DNA of 64,000 bases from Octopus vulgaris (GCA_951406725.2 OX597825.1:2418001-2482000), one strand, 5' to 3'. Positions 12,561 through 28,513 are shown, counted from the stretch's first letter. The notes: generated by a model not told the origin, from the letters alone. A program made the numbers and translations.

Positions 12561-13449
12561 ATATTTGCAGGTGCCCCTGACGTAAGGAATGATGTCATCT
12601 CTGCGCAAAATACATAAGATGCGCAAAATAATGCACAATGTGCTTGATTTTGATGCATATTTCCTGTAAATAGGTTCTTAGAATATTCAGACCTGTAATT
12701 ACTAATGTAATTTCTAAAAGACAATAATACTTTATTTTCCATGAAATAATTTGTCTGAGATCGACTACAGGCGTTGTTCCTGATTGCGAAGTAACAGAGA
12801 CAAATGTGACCGAATAAAACATAAAAGAATACTCTTTGCGTTCTATTTTTCTGTTTGCATAAACACATACAAAAATACATACTTTGCAGTATACATGCTA
12901 AAATATATAACTTACACATATATATCTGTATATAACATTATTATAATATAAATTATGATAATATAATATATACATCTTTTTATATTAATTTAAATATGTT
13001 GTTGGTTTTAGAGTGTACACAAAATGTTGTTATATGTACATATGCAGGAATATACATAGAAAATAACCACTTTAAGCAACATTGTCTCATCCATTTTGCA
13101 TAGGGTTCTTTGTGTTTTTATTTTTAGAAATATGCTTTATTTGAAAACTTTCATTTTAATATAAATTGATTCCGATTCAAAGTAATAGCTGTTCTACAAA
13201 AATTAAGAAAGTTAAAATCTACATACATGCTTTTTACAGATAGTTCAAATTTGAAATTTTATGTCTCTTTCCAAATCAATTTCATGAAGATAACTTCTAC
13301 CAGGACAAGAAACACTCGACTAAGATATGGATTGATATATTGATTATTACCAATTGATATGTTACACGAAACATAAGGAGTTGATGTGAATATTATATAT
13401 GAAACCAAATGTAAAAACTAACTTTAAATCAAATTTTGAATTACTGTCT

Positions 13450-14618
13450 AATAGCAAATGCTGTCTCATTTGACTCTAACCATTTTGCATAGAGGTAACC
13501 ATTGATTGACACGGTGGAACGGTAAATACGACGAAGTTGCTATTGTTCTCAAATAAAATCAAATCTTTATTTCAATACTAAACATCTTTTCGCTTATAAC
13601 TATTTTACATCTCTTGACTACCAATGTAACATTACAGACAACCTGAATTTCTTACAAATATTTCTGTTTCAACTGTTTTCTTATATAAACTGGACGGATT
13701 ACAAAAGATAACTTTGCGTCTCTATAGCAGGAATGTATGAATGATCAGTTACTAGAAGCTCTGTAACGTTCTTGGCATTATAGGCTTGACAGTGCTATGA
13801 CGGAATAATATGTTAGTGAATATAAAACTTTTGAGCGTCCCTGTATGACTAAATTATATATATAATTCTTTCACATTCAAAGACTGTATCTGCATAGAGT
13901 GTATCTTGCAACTACACATTAAAACACACATTGTTATGATATATCATAGACTTGCGTCCACTTGAATATGACTCTACTATATAATTATAAAACTGGATGT
14001 TTTTATTTTATTGTTAAATAATTTGTTGGTTTTCTCTGAGACAGCGACCACCATTGGTTGTTACTACTACCTACTACTACTACTACTAGTAACTACTACC
14101 ACAAACACAAAAGCAACATTTCTTTGTTTATTGTTATTTTTTTGTTGTTGTCGCTTTCTTTTACCACTCTTCTCTTCTAAATATTCGTTTCTACAGTATT
14201 ATATAAGTCCTAAAAATCGAAAATCAGATACATTGCTCAGATCCGAAAACTCACCAAAGGACATCTCTACTACACCACCACCACAACACAACCAAAAACT
14301 TACCTACTACTACTGGAGAATTATATGTTGATTTATTGGCCAGAATGTGGAGATAGCTTTAGATTGCAACATAATGCATCTTAATGTAATGCATTGATAT
14401 AGACTGCCGAGAGAACGGGAAAAACTATAGTTTTCAAACAAAACTCTATTTGAATTTTGTCATGCACAAATAGCAAATGCTGTCTCATTTGACTCTAACC
14501 ATTTTGCATAGAGGTAACCATTGATTGACACGGTGGAACGGTAAATACGACGAAGTTGCTATTGTTCTCAAATAAAATCAAATCATTTCAATAACTCAGT
14601 TTTCGCTTATAACTATTT
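13450..14618 (+). repeat. Direct repeat: 13450-13565 duplicated at 14469-14585
   Basis: aatagcaaatgctgtctcatttgactctaacc...gttctcaaataaaatcaaatc appears twice, identical by eye over ~115 bp. Confidence 0.92.
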
Positions 14619-15249
14619 GTTTTACATTCATTTGCCTTTATTCTCAGCAAGTCACGATTATCGCCTTGTATATACGTGTGTGCATATATACTTCTCCACA
14701 ATCTTATTGTAGATGTACAAATAAAATGTCAATCTATCTGTGTAAATCCGTTCTTTCTCTACCTATGTCTTACTTCTCTATGTCTCTTTGAATACATACG
14801 AAGACACACATGCGTACACGCACACACAGAGAAATACAGACAGAGAAACACACGACGAACAGATAAAGAAACAGACTTCTTTATTATCTAGTACGTTTCC
14901 AATATGGAGTATGTATATACGAAACATACGAGTTGATTAGCATTAGTAAAATGGAAGAAAATTAAAAAGTATATATACGAATGTAGAGGCGACAACTGTT
15001 AATTACTTTATAATCGGAGACAATAATGAGAGAGGAAAAAAAATACATTCAACAGCCAAACAAATATCTGACATTTTGCTAACTTCCTGACATTGCCAGA
15101 ATGTTCAACACCTGTATCTGGCTATAATCGCTTACCTTTGATTGACAGTTTCAATAAAGATTCTTTAGATAAGCCAGTAATTTAAACGTAATGGTGTAAC
15201 TACACATTGGAAAACATTTCTCACGGGCATTGCTGTATATCATAGACTC

Positions 15250-15800
<551 letters not shown>

Positions 15801-15849
15801 GAATAAAAGTCATGACAATTGTGGAAGAGGATTAATCGGTGACATGGAC

Positions 15850-16000
15850 CCTATCGACTGTTGCTTCTTTTATCGGGGACGGGTGGATGAAGGGCAATGT
15901 TAAGCTCGTTTGGATTTGAACTCAGAGCATAAACGACAACAAAAACTTACTCAACGAATGTTTTATGGAGGGTGTGACCGTTCTGCTAATCCACCGCCCT
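15850..16000 (-). mobile_element. Decayed SINE of a second family
   Basis: Reverse complement ggcggtggattagcagaacggtc...gtttatgctctgagttcaaatcc...ttgcccttcatcc matches 29790-29960 and 58850-59030. Confidence 0.55.
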
Positions 16001-16880
16001 GCAGTTAATAATTATTCCTCCTAATTTAGGTCCGAGATAAGCAATTTCAAGAGAAGGTTGTTTACGATAACACGAACTCCACAGGCGCGAAATGGGAAAT
16101 TGAAACTGGCATGATTTGAACAGTATTTATAATAGAAAAACTGACATTCAGAGCATTTACAGTATTAATAGTAATAGTAGTTTCTAGAAGTGTTAATGCT
16201 GTTGTTTCTCTTAATATTATAAACCAACCAGAATGGAAAATTGTGAAAGGAAAAAGAAATAAATTACGGAGATGAATGCGCGTTACAAGACTGAAAACAA
16301 AGAAGTTAGAGTAGGAGGAGACGGGGGAACCAACGCCCACAAACCCCACGCAAATACAATTACAAATATCGCTAACATTACATAAACCTCAACAAACAAA
16401 AATACATAGCGATCCAAACCAACAACATGAACAGAACTCCAAAGGCATCACTCCAAAGTACACGTCCATAGACACACGAAACAAGGACTTAAAGCATATT
16501 CAAAAATGCACAGACATTACGCTAAATGAACACTTACCGCACATAAGAGCCTTATTTACAGAAAAATTATAAAAACAACGGATTTTTGGGGGGTGGGACT
16601 TTTTGAATTGTTCTTTTATTTTTATAGGTTTGGCTGTGGTTGAGAGTTTTCGTAATTGTGCAGTTTTTATATATTGGCAAGTGTTTATCTCCTTATATTT
16701 TATCGTGAATCCAATTTATTGGGTTCATTTGAGGACTTCTCTTTTGCATTATTTGTGAACTGTTATCTCATCAGCTTGCACTTCTTAATTTATCTGTATG
16801 TATTTATGCAATTACTTCTCCTCCGACTCTGATTTGGGCACGGAATTACATTATTATATGTGTATATATATATACATACA

Positions 16881-16950
<70 letters not shown>

Positions 16951-17227
16951 TATAAATTTGAAAGAGGCAAGTTCCAAGGTCAGTAATACTGCTCATCAAT
17001 ACCCACACATATCTAAACACAGAGGGCATATATGAGCAATTATAAGCATGCGAAAAACATAATATACAAACACACACACACGCATATATGCATGTGGGCG
17101 TATGTATTTGCGTATATCTGTATATATTCTTATGTACACATGTAAATACGTACATATAACATACGAAAGTACAACCATCTACATATATTCATTGAGAGTG
17201 CGAGAGTAAGTGTATTGCGAGAAAGTA

Positions 17228-17264
<37 letters not shown>

Positions 17265-17416
17265 AAAGATAGAGAAAGATAGAGAAAGAATGAAAGATAG
17301 AAATAGTACAATGAAGCTACAATTAAATTCTACAGTAATTGTAGTTGATACGTGTCAATAATTCTTGTCGGTCAGTCATAAAATAGATTTAAAAAAAGAA
17401 AGAAAATGAATTTGGA

Positions 17417-17450
<34 letters not shown>

Positions 17451-17699
17451 AAGAAATATCTAAAGGGTGTGTTTTTATTATTATTATTATTATATTGTGT
17501 TTCTGCTGTGTCTTTCTTATTGAATTAGTAAAATATAAAATGTAGCTGTCATTTTCCTACTGCTTTAGTAATTTACCTCTCAGTCGTTTCGGAATGTCAG
17601 TAAGCTGTAAGATTTCAAGTATAGCTATAAGACAACAGAATTGCTAAACTTCTTCAATTGTATATAACTGTCAATCGAATATTTTGCCTTGAAAAAAGT

Positions 17700-18140
17700 C
17701 GTTGTCTAAAAGGTTATTGTTCCACACAGCTCTTGTTTTGAAGACCAATTTATTGTTGCCAATATTTGAGTACATATGTAATAATGTGAATTCTATAGTC
17801 TCACTTTCCTGCCTTTTCCTTGTTTTCCACCGAAGGGAAAAAAATGCTCATATTTTTTCAGATAATTTTTTTCTATTGACACCATGTCTGTTTTTTTATC
17901 AATATATGAGAAATTCTACAATTTTGTGTCTGCTTATTACATGCACTGATTATTAAATTTCAAACATTTTCACTGGTCCGCTAGTCTTTTCCAGGTTTCC
18001 TGTATAACAGATTACCCCTAACTGACTCGTAGAAGCATCACAACATTCTTTAGCAATATATAATACACAATGATATTTCAAAATGCTATAAAAATGTAAT
18101 ATATCGGAACATGCTTCGTTTAATGACAATATTCTCAATG
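17700..18140 (-). mobile_element. Probable decayed hAT transposase fragment
   Basis: YHCVLYIAKECCDASTSQLGVICY resembles the hAT first catalytic block YFSIIADECTD.S..EQL....RY; many stops. Confidence 0.45.
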
Positions 18141-19602
18141 TTCTCTAACGCAGAATATTATGCACCGTTATTTCTTGAATTTCTGCTAGCATTTTTCCCT
18201 ATTTTAGTAGGAAAACTTTCTATAATTAAGACTAATGCTTTTTTTATGGGACTAACTTTTGAATACTACCACTGACTTTCGTGTGTTTCTGCTGCAATTT
18301 CGTCTCATACTTTCATTGCTTTCTGTGTCATTAACATCACAGCTTGTAGGTATGCAATAATATATGCTACATAAGTTTTCCAACACTATCTACATATCTG
18401 AGTATTGGTTAATGTTATATAGAAGCCCTTTGATTCTAAAACCACTCACTTTTACTTCTTCCAATATTTTACGCTTCCGCAATCTGTATTACTCTATGCT
18501 TACACACACAAACACACACGTACATGTATGTATTCATACATATAGACATATATACATTGGGGGACTTAATATAGGTATTATCATACACAAAACACACTTA
18601 AACAGTTATGCAGGTGTGTTTTGCAAACTAAGAAGGACACACAATCACATATGTACGCGCGCGAGGTGATGGTTGTAATGCTGCTTGTACTGGAAGCGAA
18701 CCCCTTGTCAGCCTTGTCATCGAAATGCCAAGGTTACTTGCTGGGATGTGCATAAAATAATAAAATTAATGTTATCCAGCCCATTCTTGCTGATGACCTA
18801 AAGATATAGTATGTTTGCATGAACGACATTGTATATACATACATAGATACATAAATACTTACATAAAACATGCTAACATTCATTTATGCATTCATACCTG
18901 TTCGCATTGGTATACTCACATAGACACACATGCACATATATCTATGCATGAATATATATGCATATATATGTTTATGTGTGTATATATATATTTACATATG
19001 TATACAAATATATATTTATACATGCATATGGCGCCGTCAACATCGGACGTGCAGATGTAGAGGACCGTTTAAAAAGTTCGTCTTGAACGCCTTCCTCTAG
19101 TAATAGGCTGATCTCTCCAGCCTAAATTGGTAATTGGTTTATTTCTCCAATAATTAATAAGAGAAACACCTTTTACCCACCAACGTAGCATTATTATGAA
19201 CAGATTTTACAATATACATCTACACCACGTGTATTTTCGCTAACACGGTTATGGCTGAAACTTACATCATAACAGATGAAACCAACAACGTCACCATCGA
19301 TGAAAACAGAACTACTTTGCTAGTAAGCTATTTAAGAAGATGTCAGTACTCTCTACTCTCTTCAATTTACTTGGACTTCCAGAAAGGGCAGTCGACCGGC
19401 CAATTCCTACATTACAAGTGCAATCTGTGAGTGGAGCAGTAAAAAATTGCAAAATCTTTCTCAAGTTCCAAATATGAACTTGTCTGTGTTAACTACATCC
19501 CAAAGATGGAGCCTTTTATCTTTGTTGGCATCCGGCTCCCTCCTCAGTGGAAGATTTATAATAATAAAAAAATAGAAGGGATACATACATACATACATAC
19601 AT

Positions 19603-19667
<65 letters not shown>

Positions 19668-19670
<3 letters not shown>

Positions 19671-19865
19671 AAAAGGGTCAAAGTAGAAAATGCCAAAATA
19701 ATGTTATTTAAAACATTTCAGTACCGGTTTCGGTCATTGAGACTTTTTCAACTGTAAGTATGGAAAACGATTAACTTTTCGAGAAATTAATTGAAAAGTA
19801 TCTTAAAAGACTATTTGCATAGTATTCAAATAAAAGGGGCATTTTCCTTGTTTCTGCCTGTCTCT
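19668..19865 (-). mobile_element. Short PLE-like element (family B) with hammerhead-like motif at 19719-19754
   Basis: Minus strand reads cag-TTGAAAA-a-gtc(tcaat)gac-c-GAAA-ccggt-a-ctg; homologous to 46810-46992 (+); abuts (TA)n. Confidence 0.65.
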
Positions 19866-20649
19866 GTCTCTCAAAATATGTATATATACATATTTATTAA
19901 TTTATGTATATGTATATATATATACAGCAACACAGACACATGCATATACACTGACATACGCATCATACATACATGTTTCTGTAACGCTAATACCATACAT
20001 CTCTGAAGTTGGAGTGAAAGTAAATGAAGAAAACGTCATTAGAGAATATAACATTAACGCATATCTTTAGTCCGTATACCTCGACGTAGAACAGGGGCCG
20101 TAGATTACTTTTAGAGTTGCATACAATAAATCGTGCAAGTTGTAAAGATAATTTTTTAACATCTGTATATAAAACAATATGTACTCAGCCAAGGAAACTA
20201 CAAAACATATTAAATGAGGTGAGCTTCAAATCTAGTATCCATTACAACTGTTTGCTTTATATATAATATTCTTTCCTTCATTATAGCATGATTTGCACTT
20301 GGGAGAACAAACAGATATTAGGAAGAAAGAAATAAATATCAAACAGAAACGAAAATACTAAAGGCCTATATACACGTGGAATATTTGTACATAACCAAGC
20401 CATTCTATTTTAAGAAACAAAATGGGCATAAAATTCACCTTTTATGTTCTTTTATTAACAAGAGTTATGATTCGTATATCGTTACTTTGAACCTGTAGTT
20501 ATTTGATAGAAGTTAATGTCATCAATCTCTATGGAATTGGTTTACCCAAAATAATTCTGTCTTTGAATTTATTAGCAATAATTATTTCCACAAATTTCTG
20601 TTTCAATAATAAAGAAAAAAACAATAATAAACAAACATATGCTAAATAG

Positions 20650-20743
<94 letters not shown>

Positions 20744-21983
20744 CAAGGTATAGACCCACAAACACATACACACATACATATGCATATGTGCGTATATTTA
20801 CACACACACACATATATATGTATATACGCATTCATATATATGTGTGTGTGTCTGTCTGTCTATCTATCTATCTACCTGTTTGTCTGTCTTTCTTTCTCAC
20901 TCTCTCTCTCTTTATATATATATATATATGTCCATGTTAGCGTATATCATCTGTAATTTGTTTTTAGATCCTCATCTAATTATCATCAGCCACAACAATA
21001 ACGCAAAGACTATTGCAGCGATAACTATCACCCGCATCACAAAGAACACACCACCACTACCACCACTACCACCACTACCACCACAACTAACCAAACAACT
21101 AAAATAGTTACGGCCACCACAAATGTTACAAAGACAACAGAAACGACCTCGCTGCCACCAGCACTTCCGTTAGAACCGCCTTCATTATTACAGCCACAAA
21201 TACAGTCAGCGTTTCGATCGCTACTTTCATTATCCTCCTTGCCTCCATCTTTATCACTACCTCATTCGTTACTCACCTTCTGCATCCACATCACCGTCGT
21301 AGTAGTTATTTTCTCTTTCATTTACTTTGCTTCCACATTACCTCAATTAATCAGCAGCTACAAAAGTCAACGTTCCTCATCTGCATCACATAACAGCACG
21401 AGTTGCTTTAACACAAATACACATTTATCTACGATTTGAGTCAATCTTTTCTGTGCGTCATTTAAAGGCCACGTGATATATTTACTATCGTTCAATCTCC
21501 GTGTTGGAAATGACACATACATACGGTGAGTGTCGAACTCGAGAAATGACGTAAAATATTTATCGACATTCATGTTTGAAGTGTCACATCTGCATGCCAA
21601 GCATTTCCATCTGAATTGGAAATTATTTTCATTTCACATACACGCATGCACGCATGCCTACTTTCATGCATGCTCACATACGTACATACATATTTAATAA
21701 CATACATAAACCAAACGAACGCACACAAACACACATATTTTGTACGTAGGGTGGGGGTGAATGCATACGTACGTATGCGTGTATGTATCTGGTATATGTA
21801 ATTCAGGTGGAATTAAATGAAAATAGCCAACTATGTATCATACTGAAAGCATATATAATGATAAATAGATGGCTCTTATTCTCTCACACTCTCCTGCATC
21901 TGTCTTTATATGTATATAAGTTTATAGACATATGTATGCGTGTGCGAACACATGTACATATGTGTCTGTGTGTGAAAAATATG

Positions 21984-22018
<35 letters not shown>

Positions 22019-22085
22019 GTACACATATTTTTCACAAACCCACGTGTATGCATGTGTTCGCACACACATAGATATGTACATATAC

Positions 22086-22165
<80 letters not shown>

Positions 22166-22239
22166 ATGTATTTATATATATTTTTCATCAGTTTCAACTC
22201 AAAGCTGTGGCCAGGCTAGGGCACCACCGTAATTATTAA

Positions 22240-22560
22240 GACCCTCTTCTGATATGTGCCATTTGGTGAATCAGGACGTTTGATGTTGCTGCCCTCATTT
22301 GCACCTCCTGCCGTGGGGTAGGTTCAGCTGGGACTCTCGACAAGAAGAGATCCAGTCTTGATTTGAAAACACCTACATCCTCTTTATGTAGGTCCCTCAG
22401 GATCCTTGGGAGAATATTAAAACAGATGTGGGCGTTTGAAACCCAGGCTATTGCAGTAACTGGTCCTTAAGCGCGATGACATTGCTGGGATCTTTTGCAC
22501 TGTGCAGTGGCATGCGTTCCGGCATTTGTGTAGCTTTCAATGCCAAAATTTGGCACAATA
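22240..22560 (-). mobile_element. CR1-group LINE 3' fragment
   Basis: Frameshifted minus-strand translation VPNFGIESYTNA...LRTSYCNSLGFK...FNILPRILRDLHKEDVGVFKSRLDLFLSRVPAEP, typical of a CR1/L2 ORF2 C-terminus (N.LP....FK..LD). Confidence 0.75.
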
Positions 22561-24238
22561 TCAGGTCACTGTCAATAACAAAAATGAGGTTGAGTTGTAT
22601 TAGGATGAGATGAACTTCACCTGCCAATAAATGAAAACACGTTTGCATCTGAAAAAGAATCTGTGTAATTTCTTGTACAGAATGTGCAGAGAATTATATG
22701 GATCAAACCGAATTGATCCTTGGAACAAGACATTTCTCTACATAGCTCACAAGTTAAAATGTGAGAAAACAGAAAATAAGACACAGTGAACATATAGATA
22801 TATGAACAGCAAGTAAGAAACCACCAAATATGCATTTTTCCTTTGTATATCGATGTAGCAATTACACAACAGAGCAACAAGGTATCAGCACGGAACAACC
22901 TTTATAAACAAATACCGACCACTTCTAATTACCTGTGGGAAAGGAGATGAGAGAGCAACTGTCATTCGTACTGCAGGTTTTTCTGAATTTGACACTATTA
23001 CTACTGTAATTAAATTATACAAGCAGGACTAACATAGCAACCAGCCTTGCTATTGCTGTTACAAATAATAACAACTCCTACAACTTCTGCTACCTCTGAT
23101 AGCCACTCCGTTTGTTTTACCACTACTACAACGCAACATTAATCAGAGGGGAACGGAATCTCAGCATCTCTAGGAGTTGTGTAAGAAAAACGTGAACTTT
23201 CAGAACCAATCTCTAAATCGGATTTTTAAGCGATTGAAATTGGAAGCATATTTTGATAGAAATATAAATAAATGCAGCAAATGCTGTACGTTGATGCCTG
23301 TTGTTGCTTAGAATTTGTAGATCCTTCACTGAACAAAATGAATCGTTAAAAGCATCAAAGCAGTGGTAATTCTGTCATATTTTCAAGGATACATTTTCTA
23401 CTCATATAAATCCGTCTAAAGCAAAAGTGTCCCATTATTTAACTAACTGTTTACGTTTAATTGTTGGAGTTAAATGTTGTGGTTTCATAAGACACCCCAA
23501 CACACAGATGGAGATTTAAAATAAGCAGAAGCTGATTTCTTAAGGAAGTGTATCTCTGAAGTCAAGCTACATTCAATGTAATTATATTTAAGATAAAAAT
23601 TGGTAAAGCAACAAAATTTTAAAGTGAGATGAAGCGATGACCGTTCAGCGTTCAACCCATATTAAACGAGAAATGGCATATTGATCAGAAACCACAACGT
23701 TAGAGATGTAACTGATGCAAAAGTTGATTGAGTAGAGATTAGGAAACATGGAGATTTAGAAATTGTTTTCTTTTTTTTTTTTTGTTCTAAAGAAGAAAGA
23801 TCATTTGTAAATATGAGTATTGAGCTGCTAATCTACAGCGGTGGTCCCTAAAGGAATATGTTAGATATGTTTTTTTACAAAATTCCCGAAATTGCTAACA
23901 TACCAGATACTTGAAATGAATAGCTGTCCTGTTGTATTGGATGTGAATGGATAAGAAAAAGGCGTGGAGTTAAAAAAGGGGGTGAGATGGGAAATTACTT
24001 CCGAAAATAATGCAAATTGAATATTTGGTAACGCAAAACGTTAATAACCTAATTAGACACAGAATGCTGGTGACAAAAGGTGGGCTGAATGGCTAAACAA
24101 TCATCAGGGTCACATGACATGAAATAGATGCGCTAAGTCGAAATCCATTAGACTTTGTTTCTTTCTTTCTCCCTCTTTCTATTTCTCTCTCTCTTTTCTC
24201 TTTGTGTACATAAATTCATAGGAAAAATAGAACTCAGA

Positions 24239-24271
<33 letters not shown>

Positions 24272-24272
24272 C

Positions 24273-24313
<41 letters not shown>

Positions 24314-25712
24314 CATATAGACACGAATAAATGCCTTTACAGATACACGCACATAGAAACCTATCTATTGGTGACGTATGATAGATTATTATTTATTTCG
24401 TGTGAAGCAATCGTCTATTAATAATCAATGGATGGCTTTATTCAATAACTGGTTCTCTGATTGAAGAATGGACATCATCGGCAATAATCAAGAAGAAGAA
24501 TCGACACATGCATTCGATCGGTTCTGTACAGTCTAATGTCATTACCGAAGGGCTGCTGCAGACCGTTTTCGTAATGTCAACATCGATATATTTTGTGAAA
24601 TATTTATTAAAAAATTCATTTTACTATTACATATATATAATTTGTAAACGATGCGTTTATTTTCATACAAGCGCACTTACATACATACACATGGGTTTAC
24701 ATACACATACACATGCATACGTATGCGCAGACGTGCATGTATACATTTACAAACATGTATTCATACAGAGACAAATACACACAGAGAAACACACACACAA
24801 GCGCCTCCACGCACGCATTAACACATATGAAACGTACCATTATTGGCACATATCTCTGAAAATGGTGTATTTCGAACATTATCATCCGTATGAAAGTTTG
24901 TTCAGCTTTGATAGAAAACTTGCAGAAAATTGTCATTTTATTTTTATTGCGCATAATACATGATACTCAATGATACCAGATCGTAATTTAGTTCAATATA
25001 TACGTATTTATGTGTCTCCATAAGAAAAGTTGTGGGTTGTTTTAAGTGTTGCTATGATTAGATTTAAGAGAGAAGTTAGTGTGCTATTTCTTTCTTAATT
25101 ACAGTAAATATAATTTTTTCCTTTATTCTGTTCATAAATTGATACTCGGTATCATTCACCTTACCTATGGGATTCCTCGTATTTACGCCTGTGTCCGTTT
25201 GTAGTTTGGCGCATTGATGAGTGTGCTATCAACATAACACAATATTTTCTGCGTATCAATGGTCTATTTATGAATTCTTTCAATGAAGCACTTCGTTTTC
25301 TGTTTGTCTCTATTGCTTTCCTAATTCTTCTTCTCGGTGATGAGATGAGAATTTATTGTTAAGATTTATAGGATAGCGCACAGAAGAAATAGACGGTTGC
25401 AAGTAAAGTAATGGAGATAAAGAAAACACTGGAATAACATCAAACTGTTCTGACAGTGAAGCTAATAAATTGTGACTCATAAAGTTTCTTATATACATTA
25501 TTGTTAAATAGCATACGCAAAGTCTCGTCTTCATGCAGATTGTTTCACACTCATGTGTGTGTATCTACATAAGCATTTCTATGTAGGCGTTTTCATACCT
25601 GTGTATGTATATATATATATATATATATATATAACCCAAAAAACACTCACATATGTATATATGCATATGTGTGTATACATATATTTGTATGCATATATGC
25701 ATGTGTCTGCAT

Positions 25713-25780
<68 letters not shown>

Positions 25781-26059
25781 GCCTGTGTGTGAGAGAGTGC
25801 GTGTGTATATAGACATGTATACACATATATTCACTCATAGATATGGACTTATATGCATGTTTATATGTATGTGTCTGATTGTGTGTTTTTGTGCTCTATG
25901 TGTGTGTGCGCGTCGGCGACGGCTGAGAAATAAAACTCTGTGGCATAAACAGGAACTAATAAAGAAATTCTTTGACATGGGTTCCAACATTACTCCAGCT
26001 CACAAGAAACCAACATTGACACAATATGGGGGCGGAAATTTCACTTAAAACATAAATAA

Positions 26060-26600
26060 GCCATATTGGAGAAGTGTCTAAAACATTTAGAAATCATCTT
26101 AATCTTCCTCCAAATGTATCTTGATTCTAGTGAGAACGACTTTCACCAAATTGTTCCCCAAAAGATTGATGCACCACGATGAATGCAAATTTCTAATGTT
26201 GCAGTTTTGAAAATCCGAAATCAAACTAAAGCATAATGCCCAGCAGAACTTGAGATTTATATTTGTCAAATCATTCTTCCTATCAATTAGAATCCGGTTC
26301 TTCGTATCTGGGAATACAGAAAATAACCTACAGATTTTAAGCAAGTGTAAACTATACCCAAACATAGTATCATTACAAATATACAAATGTATTCACTCTA
26401 ATTCAGTAAAAAAAAAATGTCTCAAATTCTTTTCGACCTTTGGTTGTTACAGAAAGTATTTTCCGTGATGTTTGTGCCTGTCATGGGACTGGTAGATATG
26501 GTCTTTTACTCACGATAAATCCGGGGAAAATAACATTAGAGACCTTATTCTTTGAGTGCAATGATGCACGCTGCCATGAATGCACCATGTTCTGTGTAAT
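26060..26600 (-). mobile_element. Possible decayed MULE (Mutator-like) transposase
   Basis: Weak, collinear motif resemblance: TTKG..F, VFPDTK, SDFQ, FSLESRYIWRKI (compare MULE LLPDK...DFE...CxFH..Q.IWRKI). Confidence 0.35.
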
Positions 26601-26799
26601 TCATATATTGAGAGTTGCAAAGGCTATTCATGAATATACGAATGAACGAATAGAATATATAAAAAAAGAATCGTTTTCCTTCCTGCAACGCGCATTAAAA
26701 GGCGATATATTTTCCGCCGATACATTTAATGTATACTGTTCAGATATGATATGATAAATATTACAAATCTAAACTGCAATGCTGTTCGCTCTTATGATG

Positions 26800-27420
26800 A
26801 TAAGAGAGTCTTCAACTTTCGCAAATGGACATGAACAATGTTTATATTTATTTTGCGTTTCACAATGCTTGAGATAACGCCATCATAGCGTAGAGTTCTT
26901 AATATGTATAAGAGCTTTCAGACATATTTGTGGATGATTACGAATGATTTGTTTTTCGAGACGTTAATGCAAATGTATCAAGGAATTTGTGCATCTCCAC
27001 CTAAAATGGAAAGTACACTGCCGTATTAAAGTTACATTCATGAGACCTTGAAGTATTTTAGCATTTTGTTACCTAATGTTTATCTTCAGACGTAATCGTA
27101 TTCAATAATGTTTGAAATCTAACTCGTTTTTAACATCGAACTTTTCAGAAAACTGCACAAGATCGAAACGGTACGAACTGGATATACTTCAACTCTTCTT
27201 TAGGCACGAAGACTGTGCATTATTGCTAACAAAACTGTTAATTTGGAACTCTACAAACAAACGATGAGAAATATTCTGTTCTTATGGAGACAAAACATGG
27301 CTCCGAATTGTGAAAATATTGACTGTATTAGATGTCACAGTATTGGAACGAAATTCTTACATCACAAGCTCCGATGGGTCGGAGAGTTTGCAAAATGACC
27401 GCAGAAGATTACGATTTTTA
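26800..27420 (+). mobile_element. Decayed RTE-clade LINE reverse transcriptase remnant
   Basis: ctcttctttaggcacgaagactgtgcattattg = LFFRHEDCALL (compare LLFADDCAL) and IGTKFLHHKLRWVG (compare RTE RLRWAGH). Confidence 0.6.
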
Positions 27421-28390
27421 AGAACGGAAACGGTGATGATACAGTGAGCAGAATACTCAGTAAATGGATTATTTCGCAGCTCGAATCATCTGAATTTCCA
27501 CTCAAGCGAGTAGAAATTGTCACATCGGAAGGTATTTCCTACAGAGTATAAACTCAAAGTATATGTAAGAAAAGTTGATTTGGACGAAGGCAATCAGGTA
27601 CGGAAAGTAGACTCTTCGATAGAGATGGAAACTTATATTAGTGCATAAACTGTCGGTACTATTAGGTCCAGAACAGACACTTGAATTCTTCATGGAATAC
27701 ATATCTGTTTTGATAAAATTGATTTGGGACAGTTTATCAGTAGACGTCAGTCTGCGCTGGTCACTACGCATTCCTCCTCTCTCAACTCGACCTACACAGA
27801 TTTAAGCCGGCCAATAAACTTTCTCGACAGGTAAACTTTTTACTCGGTCATGTCACCAGGTCGACCGAACGAAAGGCTGAGAAGGGAGTGAGAAGGTGTG
27901 TATGAAAATGTATGTGTGTTTATGTGGGGTGAAGGAAGATATACAAAGAATTCACAACGACCTCGAACCCACTAGACAACTCAGACACCACCCATATTGC
28001 TTGGGAGTCTGTCTAGTGCATCCTGCATATTGTTCTCAAACCGATCTCTGTCTTCCGCATTTTTTTTTGCAATATTTTAAACTATATATATATAAATACG
28101 ATCTAGGGATGGCAACTAACCAATTCGGTGGAGTTGAATTTGAGATTACGAGCAGCAAAGTAATCTTGCTGTCATTCATGGAATCCAAGCTGGATGATTA
28201 GCTACGTTGACTGGAATAACTTGCATGATATCAAGAGGTTCAGCTATAAAAGTGACATATGTAGTGTATATTTTACTTTTCCACACCTTCAATTTGGGTT
28301 CTTCCCCCCCCCCACACACACATATACACACGAACACACACACATATACATACATATATATTTAGATAAATATATACACATATATATACA

Positions 28391-28440
<50 letters not shown>

Positions 28441-28479
28441 TATATACATACATATATATAATAATATATATTTATATAA

Positions 28480-28513
<34 letters not shown>

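Noticed and set aside
13450-14618. LTR pair or CRISPR-like repeats
   Set aside because: Only two copies, no TG...CA ends, PBS, PPT or TSD, and the internal sequence is a garbled copy of flanking DNA; the context is eukaryotic.
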